Of a stretch of 64,000 nt of DNA, positions 21,801 to 34,101 are shown in pieces. Numbering within the stretch: position 1 is the first letter of the stretch; every line of letters starts with the position of its first letter. This DNA is from Lepidodermella squamata (Eukaryota; Animalia; Gastrotricha). The stretch covers positions 4,774,001-4,838,000 of the forward strand of contig JBLDXI010000024.1 in assembly GCA_047495785.1 (NCBI GenBank). The letters are read 5' to 3'. The position numbers and the translations under genes were made by a program. Below the pieces are notes generated by a model. That model was not told the origin of the DNA and did no database searches. It worked only from the letters and a program-made list of their open reading frames with translations.

Positions 21801-24800
21801 AGACACTTTAATGTGTCAGAGCAGCGGGGTTGACCCAAAGTTGAATCCTATCCCTTGCTATTTACCGAAATGCGCAAACGGCGGAACGTGCAACGTTACT
21901 TTGACTTCCAGTCAATGCGATTGTTTACCTGGATATGAAGGCCGTTATTGCCAGAGTGAGTTCTCAGACCTGTGGCCTGATTCAACAAAAATTTGAATTT
22001 TCTAGTCACGCCCAATTGTAAAAGCGGAGATATACCTCCTACCGGTGAGATTTAATGATATTAAGAGTTAAACTTTTAGAAATTTTGGGCATCTAGTTTG
22101 TCAGTCCAACTCGGCCTGCAGCAATGGAGGTACTTGCTATCAAGGAAAATGTTACTGCAAGGAGCCTTTCAGTGGGATCAATTGTCAAAACAATGGTAAA
22201 TATCTAAATTTCCCGAACGATCTTCGAGAAATTTTCTTCCAGGAACTATAATGTGCCAAGCTGATGAGATTGCGTCAACTTGCTACTTTCCCAAGTGTGA
22301 ATATGGAGGAAAATGTTTAGTGGATGGGACTTCGAGTCGCTGCGAATGTGAAAGTGGATTTAGAGGATACTACTGCGAAGGTCGTGTTTCTTTTTTGAAT
22401 AAGCGGCGAAAGTGGCAACAATTTTCTTACAGATCAATTCGCATGCTCTGATTCCATAAGCGTGTGTAAGAGTGACGTAGATTGCAACAACAACGGAAGA
22501 TGTGAGGATGGACTATGCTACTGCAAACCACCATTTACCGGTGCGACCTGTTTAGCAAGAGGTTTAGTTAAATTCGCTAGCAATTGTGCTCTTTCCAATT
22601 GAGCAATTTCTAGATACCTTCATTTGTCGCGATAACGATCACCTAGAGACATGTCTACTACCAAACTGTTTCAACGACGGAAAATGCATTTGGGAGGGTT
22701 CGTCCAGCTACTGTCAGTGCCCAGAAAACGCTAACGGAACTTATTGTGAAAGTGAGTGTGCATGAGTTTCATGATTTTCCTGAAGCCGATATAATCCAAT
22801 CGTTTTCTGCAGATTTATTGTATAGCACGACAAAGGCTCCGACCACAGCTTACGTGTCAACTGAGTCTATTGAGATAACGACACTTCCATCTGATCAATC
22901 AGAGTCTACAACATCAGAAGCGACTCAGTCCCAGACCGATGATCCAGTTACAACCCCAACATCCACAGATGATTATACTGATCCGAGTGTAACAGAAGCG
23001 ACCACTATGGTCTCCTCAGATCCATCACTCGTATCAGATTCCACTACCACTCAAACAGTTACTGATCCATCTTCAGATATCACAACAGCTCTCATTCCCG
23101 AGGATACTGAAAGCACCACAGATGTTCCCATCGAAACTACCACGGATGGTGAGCCAGAATCGACTAACCCGACCACACTTTCCACTCAGATTGCCGATCA
23201 AGAAACAACCCTTGAATCGACCACAGAGAGTATTACAGACTCAGTTGTAACTGATCCCAATCTGACGACGGACCAAGATTCCGGAAATACCCAAATCACA
23301 CCAGAAACGACAGCGTCTGTAACAGAAGACGAAGAAGCATCGACCACGATTTCTGCTGATACTATGGATCCGGGCACCACTATAGCGGACATCACGGATC
23401 AAGTCACTGAGCTAACATCAGAACCAATTACTGATTCGTCCGAATCTTCAGATCAACCTACAACTGCTGCAATGACATCTGATTCTACGATTGAAGTTGG
23501 TAGTGTTGAAACCACAGTTTCGGCTGAGACATCTGACCCAACAGTTACAATTGAAGTTACAGCTGAATCATCTATAACGTCCTCTTCGCAAACAGAGACT
23601 TCGGATCCAACTGTTAACCCAGACGGCACAACTGAGGGGTTGGCCACTGAAACGTCACCGGAAGATGTCACTAGCTCTGACCAACCGACAACTGATGTGA
23701 CCGATGCCTCCCCCTCAGTAACATCCGAGTCTGACCTACAAACGACAGTTTCATCCCCTGCTTCAGAGGAAACCAATGATCCCACCACTGGGGATCAAGA
23801 TTCAACAATCGCTGTGACTTCAACCACAGATCCGGTGCAAGATCCTACAACCGAAGTGACTCCTTCACCTACTGAGGTGACAGATGCGGAATCCACTACA
23901 GAGCAGTCTCCAGTATCAGAGGATACCACGGCTGCCACTACTACTGACGAGCTAGCTTCAACCCCAATCCTGATCGATCCCACAGCTGAAGTCACTTCGG
24001 CACCTGTAACTAATGAGGCGACAGAGTCGGGATCTACCGCGGAAGAATCAACTGCAACTACCAGTAGCGTATCAGATGATGGAAGCTCCACTCCGTCTCC
24101 ATTAGATCAAAGTACAGCATCAGAAATCATTACGGAATCTATTACAAGCGCATCGGAATCGACAACTGCGATGATCACAGAACCAGACTCTCCGGAAACT
24201 GGGTCAACTACTGAATCTGTTCCGGATTTGACCACTGAACTATCCGCTGAAACATCAACGTCATTGGTGGATCAATCTACTGCAACCGCTGAAATTACTG
24301 CAGTGACCGAACCTATCGGGGAGTCCTCAACCACCCCCGACTCAATTTCAGATCAGACCACGGATCCCTTCAACCCCACTGAAAGTGCGACTACAGCAAG
24401 TTTTCTATCAACTGAGGGCGCTACGAACCCTGAGGAGACCACGAAACCCTTATCTGAGCAAACCACGGAGTCCTCCACTGACGCAGTAGTTACAACAGAT
24501 TCAGACTCTGGCTTATCAACTACAATTTCCGCCGATGCGACAAGTCTCACCTCTGAATCATCAATTACATCTCAACCTGAAACTGTTCCAACGACACCCG
24601 AAGAGGCGGTAACTTCAACCCAGGCTATCACAAACGAGCCAGCTACTGAGGACTCAAGTTCTCAGCCAACAGTTGACCCTCTAACTACAGATTCGGGGTC
24701 CGGAACCACTGAGGAGCAAACAACAGGAGACTCGACAGATGAAGTTACTACTGTTACCTCGGAGCTTAAAACAGATTCAGTCACAGATGCTGGGTCAACA

Positions 24801-26097
24801 ACCTCTGGGCAGATTGATCCTGAAGTAACAACAGATGGCTTGACAACGCAAGGAACGACTGAGAGCCCTGGGTCCGAAACTACCACTGAAGTTGAGGCTA
24901 CAACAACTGGGAAAAGAGTGATAACAACCGAAAATCCTGTGACGAGGGACCCAGATGAGCAATTCAAGATATGTAAGTTTTCCCGCTGATCAAGCCCACC
25001 GAATGAACCATCGGCCATATTACCTTGCGTTCTCAGATATTGCCGCTAGAATCACTGTCAATCAAATAGTCATCGATGGCCAGGAGACATTCTGGACGCC
25101 ACAAATGGCAATAGGTTCTTCTCTGAGCACGAAGGTTATTGCAACTTTCGAAGAGGCTGTAAGCTACTGCAGGCCAGTCGAACATCGTTTTACTGTCAAT
25201 TTCTCATAGGTTAGGGAGATCTATCTTGGTGCCGAAATTAAACTGGATGAAGTTTCAATAACGAAGCTAAGGTTCGTATCGCAAGAACAAGATACATAAA
25301 CTAATATAGATCCTTAATGCTGACTTTTCCTTACGCAGTGAGTACATCACGTCTTCTCGAGGCTATTTCCTGTCAACACGAGCCAACAACGGAATCACAG
25401 CCACATACGAGACCACCGTAATAGGTTACAGCGAGCAAGTTGCCGGTGTGCTACCTGGCCAGGGCTCAAGTATAACGGATGTCACGGAGACTATGAGTTC
25501 AATTGTCACCCTAATATCTCGAACTTATGAAAAAACGGACCAATTCTACCAGAAATTCGGTAAAAATGGGAAAATCCTCGAGCATGCTGTTACTCGGGCC
25601 GTTTTGGGACGTAAGTGATTAAACTTTGAATTAGGAAATTTGAATTAGTTTCAAATCCTTGTAGCCGCTGATGACAGTAATAGCAGTGATTTGGAAGATT
25701 GGGAAATCGCTCTAATCGTTATCGGATGCTTGTTGGCTGTTGGAATCCTTGTTATAGGATGTGTCTTTGTCTACCTTAGAAGAAGGTGAGATCGCTAAAT
25801 CTTCAATATTTCACTCTCCATTATTTGAAATCTTTTAGGAAACCCGCAGCAACGGCTCTCGATAATTCATTTGAGGTGAAGCAAAATCAATCAATTGCAT
25901 CAATGGACCGAAGCGACTACTACGGCCGGACGAAAATGCCTCGAGCTGGAACTATAGCCGTGACGAGTCTCGTCATGATGGACAGGTCGGGTGTTCTAAA
26001 GGAAGATGAAGAGGAGGGCGAAAACGCGCCTAAGGATGGCAAGAACATCTACGACTCGGCTGTGCCTAAAACTAGCCTGGGCGAGGCCCAATTTTGA
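18840..26097 (+). CDS. Type I transmembrane mucin-like protein: ~18 EGF-like repeats, acidic Ser/Thr mucin domain, SEA-like domain, TM helix, cytoplasmic tail
   Basis: Signal MLTLRSVLNPILGVLLLYGCKA; many small exons with CxNGGxC...CxCxxG(F/Y)xGxxC (18990-22750); mucin exon 22813-24970; SEA-like exons 25040-25610; TM WEIALIVIGCLLAVGILVIGCVFVYLRRR; tail ends NIYDSAVPKTSLGEAQF. Confidence 0.85.
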
Positions 26098-26661
26098 TTG
26101 ATTATGCTGTGATTATAGGCCGTAAAATTGAATTGTTTAAACCTATACATTTGTCATATTTCTTTGCAGTTTAAATGCATGACCTTTGACAATAAATTTG
26201 AACAGAATAAGGAATCCAATAAAGGAACGAAATGTGTCTTGAATTTGCAAATCTTAACCCGGGAAGAATCTGGAAAACTTACCTGTTCATTGATTATGAG
26301 ATCAATGAAATTCGCAAGATTATTCTCGAGCATCACTACAAGAACCAGCAATTTTTTGAACATTATTCTAGCGAAATTTAAAATTTAAAATATTTTTTAA
26401 AATTTCAGGCGAAGTTCAAAATGTTTTAAATAAATTTTAAAATTAGAAATTTCAAGTTTTACGAAGAAATTACCCGAATACAATGAAAAATAGAATTTTC
26501 GAACATTACTATGCTATTACAAAAACTAAAATTACGCGAGTGAGGATCAGCTTTTGTTACACAATCGATTTTAAATCGAACTAAATCGAGGTCAAAATTG
26601 CTACTGAACCGCGTAAATCGCCTCAGTATAGTTCACACTCATTTTCCAACATCAAAACATC

Positions 26662-28676
26662 ATGAAACAAGCCATCGCTTTTACGCAGGCATACGAAACC
26701 TTCAAAACCCACGAAATCTACCGCAATTTCTCCGGCGGGCCGCCGTCAGCTCAACTCGGCGGCTTCTGGCTAATGCCATGGCTGCCTCAAATCTACCCAG
26801 TCATTAAAAAATTCCCAGTTCGAGAAACCGACATCTGCCTGTTGTCCTTCCCGAAAAGCGGCGTCAACTGGCTGCACTACATTTGCTACCTGCTTCAAAC
26901 CGGCGATTTCGAGGGCAAGTCCGAGTGTGAAATGCGCGTCCTCGAAATGCCGCGCCCGCCCGACACGCTTGAGTCGTTCGCCGCGCAATCAACGCCGCGC
27001 CTCATTTGCTCGCATTTGCCGCCAAAATTTTTGCCCGATCGAATTTTCAACGGTAAGGTGATTTATTTGTACCGCAATGCAAAGGACACGGTTGTCTCGC
27101 TGTACCACCACTACGAGGCGAATGTCCCGTTCAAAGAGTGGGCATTTGACGGCAATTTTGAAGATTTGGCGAGGCGTTTCATGGACGGGCGAGTCACCTG
27201 GGGGCCGTATTCCGAGCATTTAAAGGCCTATTATGAACTGTTTAAAAGCGGCAAGCCGATGCTATTTTTGAGCTATGAAGAACTCAAACAGGTTTGAAAT
27301 TTTCAAATTTAATTAAAAAACTCCTCTACGATCTCAAAATTGGCATAAAAAACCAACTATTTTTTAATTTTGAAGAATTTGAGGAAACATTTTTTGAAAT
27401 TCTAGAAAATAAATATTATTCAAATTTTATTAAAAATCAAAATTTCGGAATCTCAAGTGAAATCTTTTAGGGTGATACAAGCAGCCCTTGTGGCCTAATG
27501 GCAAGGCGTCGGCCTCCTAAGCCGAAGATTGCGGGTTCGAGTCCCGCCGGGGGTGCAATATTTTTAGATTTTTTTGGTTTCGAAATTTTAAGTAAGGTGG
27601 CTGCAAAAAGTATTTCGCCCCTGGTGGGACTCGAACCCACAATCTTTGAATTAGAAGTCCAACGCCTTGCCATTAGGCCACAAGGGCTCGGCGGAACAAC
27701 CTCAATGTCTATAAATATTGAATTAGAATTTTCCGAAACAAAACAAAATCAAAAGTTTATTTTCAAAATTTATCCAGAATACTAAATACAAATTAAGGGT
27801 GATTTCACATATTCTACAGAAAATTTTAAACTTCGTCCCAAAATTGCTTCGAAAATTCAAAAAATTTAAAATTTGAATTTAAAATTATGAAATATCTAAA
27901 AGTTTGAAGTTGGAAATGTGAAATTTAGGTAGTTTTAAATCTGGAAATTTGAAATTTGAATGAACTTTTGAAAATGACATTTCGAAATTTGAAAATTTGG
28001 AATTCTGAAATTTCGGAAATTTTAAATTTGGAATTCTGAAATTTCGGAAATTTTAAATCTGAATATTTGAAATTTTAGAATTTTGATATCTGGAATATTT
28101 GAAATTTGAATGAACTTTTGAAAATGAAATTTCGAAATTAGAAATTTTGAAATTTTGAATTTTGAAAAATTCTCGTGAAATTCGAAAATTTGAAAATTTG
28201 GAATTCTCAAATTTCGGAAATTTGAAATCTGAATAGGTATTTGAAATCTGAAAAAAAATTCAATTTGAAAGTTGGAAATTTGAAACTTCGAGAATTTTCT
28301 TCAGGATACGCTTGGTAGCGTTCGGCAAATCGCGGCCTTTCTCGGCAAATCCATCGACGAAGCAATTATATCTCGAATTTGCTACGCAACATCATTCGAA
28401 CAGATGCGCTCGAATAAGGCCGTTAATTGGGACAAGTTGAAACGGTACGGCGCCTGGCGACGCGATAAAGACTTCATCCGCAAGGGTCAAATCGGCGATT
28501 GGCAGAACTATTTCACGGATCCTAACCTGCTAGCTGAGTTTGACGCGTGTTTCAAGGCGAAATTGCCGGCTGATTTGAAAATGATCGATGAGTCGAATTT
28601 CGATTGCGATGATGAAATCTCGGACGCAGCCTCGGCTCATGAAAGTCTTGATAGCGAAGATTCTGGCCAATGCTAG
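26662..28676 (+). CDS. Cytosolic sulfotransferase (SULT family)
   Basis: Exons 26662-27291 and 28305-28676; PAPS motifs SFPKSGVNW, YRNAKDTVVSLY, FIRKGQIGDWQNYF; catalytic His in LICSHLP. Confidence 0.92.
27484..27555 (+). tRNA. trnR: tRNA-Arg(CCT), inside the SULT intron
   Basis: TCGGC-CTCCTAA-GCCGA. Confidence 0.92.
27616..27687 (-). tRNA. trnR: tRNA-Arg(TCT), intronless, inside the SULT intron
   Basis: TTGGA-CTTCTAA-TTCAA. Confidence 0.92.
27860..28290. repeat. AT-rich degenerate TTTGAAA(T) minisatellite with ~150-bp higher-order duplication
   Basis: TTTGAAATTTGAATGAACTTTTGAAAATGA occurs twice; TTGGAATTCT(G/C)AAATTTCGGAAATTT three times. Confidence 0.75.
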
Positions 28677-28954
28677 ATCAATTTGTTTTATCGGTACTAC
28701 CTATAGCTCCATTTCAACTTTGCTTTCGCTAATCAATCTGGGAATAAATAATTATTGTTGTTTCAAACCTCGTTTCTATTAGTAGCAACTTTTCGATATT
28801 TATACCAATTAATTAACAATTTTAAAATTAATGAACCTAAAATACTGCTGAACCTTCTCATCTGTCCCACAATCCACAATCCACGACGTTGCGAAATGAA
28901 AAACATGGTTTATTTTTTAATCTCCCAGTTTTTCTACGGGTTGGCTTACCTAGC

Positions 28955-29440
28955 CCGTGATTAAAAAACGGTGATATTTTATTTCCGGCTACCTAAAACT
29001 TTTCGAGTTGCAGCAAACAATAATGCACCAGGGTGATTCAATAAATCTCCTCAGATCGCCAAGTACATATACTTATGGTGCGTGGCATTCGCTTGGTGGT
29101 CCGGACATGAAGGCAATTTTTTGTTCCAACTTGCATAACATTCAGAAACATTTATTTTGATTTTCTTTATTTCTTGCTGCGGAGTCGAATTGTTCACATA
29201 CCGAGGAAAAGCAAATAATGCTGAAACTTCTCCAATCCGCGAAGTTACGAAATGAAAAAGACTTCGTTCGTTGAATCTTCCTATTGTTCCGTGGGTGGTC
29301 TTGCCTTGTGCGTGATTAAAAAGTGGCAACGCGGGCTATCTAATACTTTTCGAGCTGCAGCAAACAATAATGCGCCAGGGTATCACGACTAATCTCCTCA
29401 GATCGCCTCTTGTGGTGCGTGGTGGTCCGGATATGAAGAA
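28955..29440. repeat. Diverged direct repeat, ~350-bp spacing
   Basis: CTTTTCGAG(T/C)TGCAGCAAACAATAATGC...AATCTCCTCAGATCGCC...GGTGGTCCGGA at ~28998 and ~29346. Confidence 0.7.
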
Positions 29441-30203
29441 GGAACTGTTTGTTTGGTTCACATCTTGTCTTCCGCGTTGCAGCTGGGAATGCATTACTTT
29501 GTTTCAAAATCTCAAAAACTCGCAAACTTTTTGTTCACAGCCTCTGCGAAGATGCACTTGATATCCTCCGCCTCGTTCTGGCCCGCAAGGAAACAGTGCT
29601 TTGTTTATTACAGTCCCAAGTCCCAAGGGAAAACAGGCTTGATTACCAGCTTTTTCGTAAATTTACAGAATACGGGTAAGGGGGTGGTTTTCTTTGCCAG
29701 CACATTTTCTGCTTGGATCTCCACGGAGGTTTTCACCGGAGCAGAAAAATAATAGAGCAGACTCTATTACCTTAGCGTTACCTCCGATAACAGCAATCGT
29801 GTAGACCCCTTGCTAATATCGAGGGAGCATTGTATTCAGAATATTTGTCAACGGAGCTACTTTCGCATCTTGCGGAATGCACAGAATTTTACGCTGAATT
29901 TAATGCTATATGTCTATTTTGAATTATGATGGTCAATTATGAAATCATACGCAGCTCCTAAAACGGTTTGAGCACGTTGAAAGTCCGAAATTTGTAAGAC
30001 CCAAAAATAGTTTCACATAGATTCCGCAGGGTAAGGAAACCCTTCATGGTTAGGCTTCCATTTTCGCGAACAAGCTAAGCCTTTGAGTCTCAATATCGAA
30101 ATGATGGTCCCCTAATGGCCTTTATAAGTATCGCAGGTTATGCATATGTGCTGCGTTTGATGTAGAATTTTATTCATTCATTTATGAACATTCTATAGAA
30201 AAA

Positions 30204-33156
30204 ATGATGAAGAGGACTTTAGTAATAATCCTACTCGGATTAATGGCTGGTTTGCTTCAGCAACCAATAGATGCATTCGCATTCTTACCAAGAAATTCTA
30301 TAGCATCGAGATACTTAGTGCCTATGGATGACCAAACTGGACTGGCTAATTACGCGGGTCAGCTTACTGTTACGCTGGGCGGGGTATTGCAATCAGCCCC
30401 TGGACCTTCCGGTGAAGTAAACACATCTTACAGCATAGGCGATTCTCAAATTTGCAGCTTCGATTACACACCTATACGACATATGGATTTCAGTATTGGG
30501 TTCTACTACAAAGCCGATAACGCTGGTCCAATTACAAGCCGTGGACTTTTTATCTTTTCGAATGGGACTGAAAGTAACATGCTATCGCTAGTTTATACTA
30601 CAACGGACTCGGGACTGATCCTGCGACGAACTCAAGGAACGTTGATTTCGCTACCAAACGCTGTGAAAGCTGGCCAATGGAACTTTATTGCCGTCACATC
30701 TGTAGGAGACAATGCGGTGAACGTGACAGTTATTGTTGATGGTGCGATATATGCCAGCGCAAGCTACTTGACAAATTCGCTGTCGCTTTATACAGCTACG
30801 CAGCTAGCAATAGGGAGGGCTGACGGGAGTGCCAAGCTCGCGAAAGCAGACGCCATGGCTTGCTTCGTCGGGTATAACGCAGAGTTGGCGAAGGAGGAAA
30901 TACAACTGCTGCCGGACTACTGCCGCAACTGGAAATTCAAGAAACAAACCGTCGTTGCGAGAACGTGGCCGAATGACGCGAATTTACGGCTGTTCATGCC
31001 GATGGATGACTATTCGTATTTGGCAGATGTCGCCAAGTCAGCGAATGTAATCGGATTGCCAAATGATAGAGGCTGGATGGGAACGATTCAAACAACTATA
31101 AATGGACCTTTTGACCAACCTAATTCGTCATTCAGGGTCATTGGTGATAGAATTGCAACTTTGCAGTTAGTAGAGTTCGCAAAGAAATCGTTCACATTGG
31201 CCTTCTACGTTTATATCGGCGACAAAACAAAGGGAGGTCGAGGAATATTCGATTGCGAAACGTCGACACCTTATTTTCAGGTGTTTTATGAGCCACCAAA
31301 TTTGTTGAGTATCGCAGTTAGCTCAAGCGCTATTGCATCTGCTCCTGTGTTGCCCAATAATACATGGGTTTTCGTCGCGATAGCTTATGACGCAACTAAC
31401 AAATTGTTAGCAGTTTGGTCTGGTTCTCCGGCAAAGCTCTGGAACAATTTCACAAACACAAACAGCCCTTTTAATAAAGGAATGACATTCCGGCTCGGAA
31501 GTGTGACTTCGGGAGGCAATAAATTGATAATGGGTCCTGATGACGCAATGGCTTGTGTTTTCTTATACGACACATTTTTATCTGAAGCAAGCATCGGAAA
31601 GTTGTCGGATACTTGCAGAAACTGGAAGATAACGCCAACAACTACGACAATGTCTACTACGCCAAGCGCGTCTACATCAACAACGACGCGAACCAGAGAA
31701 ACGTCCACTACTTCAACCTCATTGCTTCTGCAATCATCGAGTTCAAGTAAGTTATCCTAATGAATTTCATCAAAGGTTTATGTTATTTCTCCCAGAAGCT
31801 GCTTCTCTGTCAAGCCAACCTGCTATATCTTCACAAGGAACAACCTTGAATGCAGGAACCCTTCCTCAAGGTTCGACCGCTGCCCCCTTACTACTTACAT
31901 CCACAAGGAAAGCAAACATATCATCAACGACGCAAAATTTAGTGGCTAATACTGACTCAATAAAGCCAGCGATGCCTGGAACACAAGTCATGAATTCGGA
32001 ATCCACTACAGCGTCACCACACCAGCAGATTGTAAATAGCCTGGACTCTATATTGGGAATCATCTATCCGCAGATGCCGACCGAAACAAGCAACCTCTTG
32101 TCGGTTATGGATCTATTGAAAGAATGCGATCACTTCTCTTCGGAGCGCTCTGTTCCGCCGAATAATGACCAGCCTAATATCGTAACAGTCGGCCTCAACG
32201 TTGAAAGCCTGAACGGAATAGACACCGTCGAGGAGACAATCGAAGTAGCTGGGGTGATTGTCCTGAAATGGAGCGTGACAACATGCCCGGTGAACAGCAC
32301 TTCTAAGATTACGAAGCGCACCCAGGCACTCTATGTTCCAAGTCCTGATGTAGTGTGGATTCCAAAAGTTCGCTTCTCAACAACAGCCACCGGTAATGTC
32401 TACATGAAAGACACCAGCATCGAACCGTTTGGCCGAGATTTGACGATGGTTATGGCTAGTGGAGCGGTGAATCGGACCCTCGATTTCTTTTGGGCGAACG
32501 AAGGCGTCTACAGATCTGCTTGCGATCTAGTTCTGAATCGGTTCCCTTTCGACCGGCAAACATGTACGATCACCTTCGAACTGATACGTTCTACGGCAGT
32601 CGTCCAATTCGACGAGAGTAAAAAATTATTCTCGTGGCAAGATGAGGTCACAGCTGAGTGGCGATACGTGTCATCGGAGGTCAACTATGGTAAGCGATCG
32701 TACAAAGGTTACGAAGTTCACCGCGTAGAGTTCAAAGTCCAACTGGAGAGAATCCCAGATTTCTACTTGCTAAATCTTGTTATGCCCGCGGCCTTGCTAG
32801 CTTCGCTGAATTTGGGCTCTTTTATGGTGCCACCTGATGCCCCAGATCGGCCAGCATTCGGTATCACGACCCTGCTGGCATTAACAGTTTCCCAGTCTGA
32901 TGTTTTGAGCCAACTGCCGAAAACGGGAGACCGAATTCTATTGGGCGACTACGTCAAGGCCATGGAATTTTTTTCTGTCATTATTACTGTCTATCATCTA
33001 GTCACATGCCTAATGTCCAACAGTGACTTGGCCGAGCGACGGGTTCTCTGCAAGAAGATATCTTTGGTTCGATTTATGGATATTTTAGCCTTTCTGATTT
33101 CACTGGCTATTTTTGTGGGAATTCATGCCTACTGTGTTCGGATAATGAATGAGTGA
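30204..33156 (+). CDS. Chimeric 2x LamG/ConA-like + Ser/Thr stalk + Cys-loop ion channel subunit (copy 1, ~967 aa)
   Basis: A 49-nt phase-1 intron 31747-31795 (GTAAGT...CCCAG) joins ORFs 30204-31760 and 31780-33156 in frame; Cys-loop CDLVLNRFPFDRQTC; colinear with the intronless paralogs. Confidence 0.9.
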
Positions 33157-33905
33157 CTGAGTAGATCGCAAAATTGTTATTTATCCGAAGAAGGCATATC
33201 TTTGAAACTCAAGGTGTAACATAAAATTATTCTGTTAACTCTCTGTAATGTGAAATTCCTATTTAAGAATGCAAGAAAAATTCTCGAACTAACTGCAAGT
33301 GTGATCATGCGTTTTATTTCGAACCTACATAGTGACCCGTGTGACTGTGATTGATTTTAAGGAATGAGAAATCTCATATAACTAATCAATTTAATTGCTA
33401 TAGTGTGACCTTGCTTTGCAGTTTTGTTCTAAACTTGCTTGATGCGGCACTCTTTTTCCAGCTAACTCTGTTCAACAGGTGTTTTTCTGAAGGTCAGCTT
33501 TCGCCTAGGAAACAACTGCATTTCACGTACACCCTCAATTCCATTGAGGATGCAAAGTGAAATGACGTGGAATTAATGAATGTGATGAACTTATGGTAAA
33601 CGTGGGCGTTTCAAATGTTTATCGTCACTTCATTTGATTTAATATGAGAAATGAAAAAATCGCACAAATAATTCTCTAACTGACTATACAAATGTGACCA
33701 TGTTTTGTATTGCTATACATATTGCGATTTCATTGTGATAGATTCCCATTCCCACTCACTCAAACTCACTCAACTTTTAATGGCTCGTGGCTATGTTCCG
33801 TAATTATGTTCTGTGATGAACATACCGGGGATAGCTCTATATTATTTTATTTTTTTTTTGAAAATCGAACAGTCATTCTTATAAACTGATTTCTACTGTG
33901 GCCAT

Positions 33906-34101
33906 CAGGGTTGTAATCGAAAAAAGTGCAAAATTTGAGTCTTGAAAGCATTTGAACGGGTGATGATGAAGGGCCAATTTTTTTTTACCACAGTTAGCTT
34001 TTAGGTATGGCTAACGCCAGGTAGAATTTGGCGCTCATCAGGTAGTTCATAGTTGCGTAATAAAAATTGCAAATTAACACTTTTCCTTCGATCACACCCT
34101 G
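33906..34101. mobile_element. Possible old MITE
   Basis: Imperfect TIR CAGGGTTGTAATCGAAAAAAGTG / CAGGGTGTGATCGAAGGAAAAGTG. Confidence 0.4.

Noticed and set aside
23198-25018. Val/Ser-rich minus-strand ORFs (also 31385, 42990, 49463)
   Set aside because: Antisense shadows of Thr/Ser-rich mucin and stalk coding sequence
26662-28676. Sulfotransferase as the enzyme modifying the Tyr/Asp motifs of nearby secreted proteins
   Set aside because: It is a cytosolic SULT with no signal anchor, not a Golgi TPST
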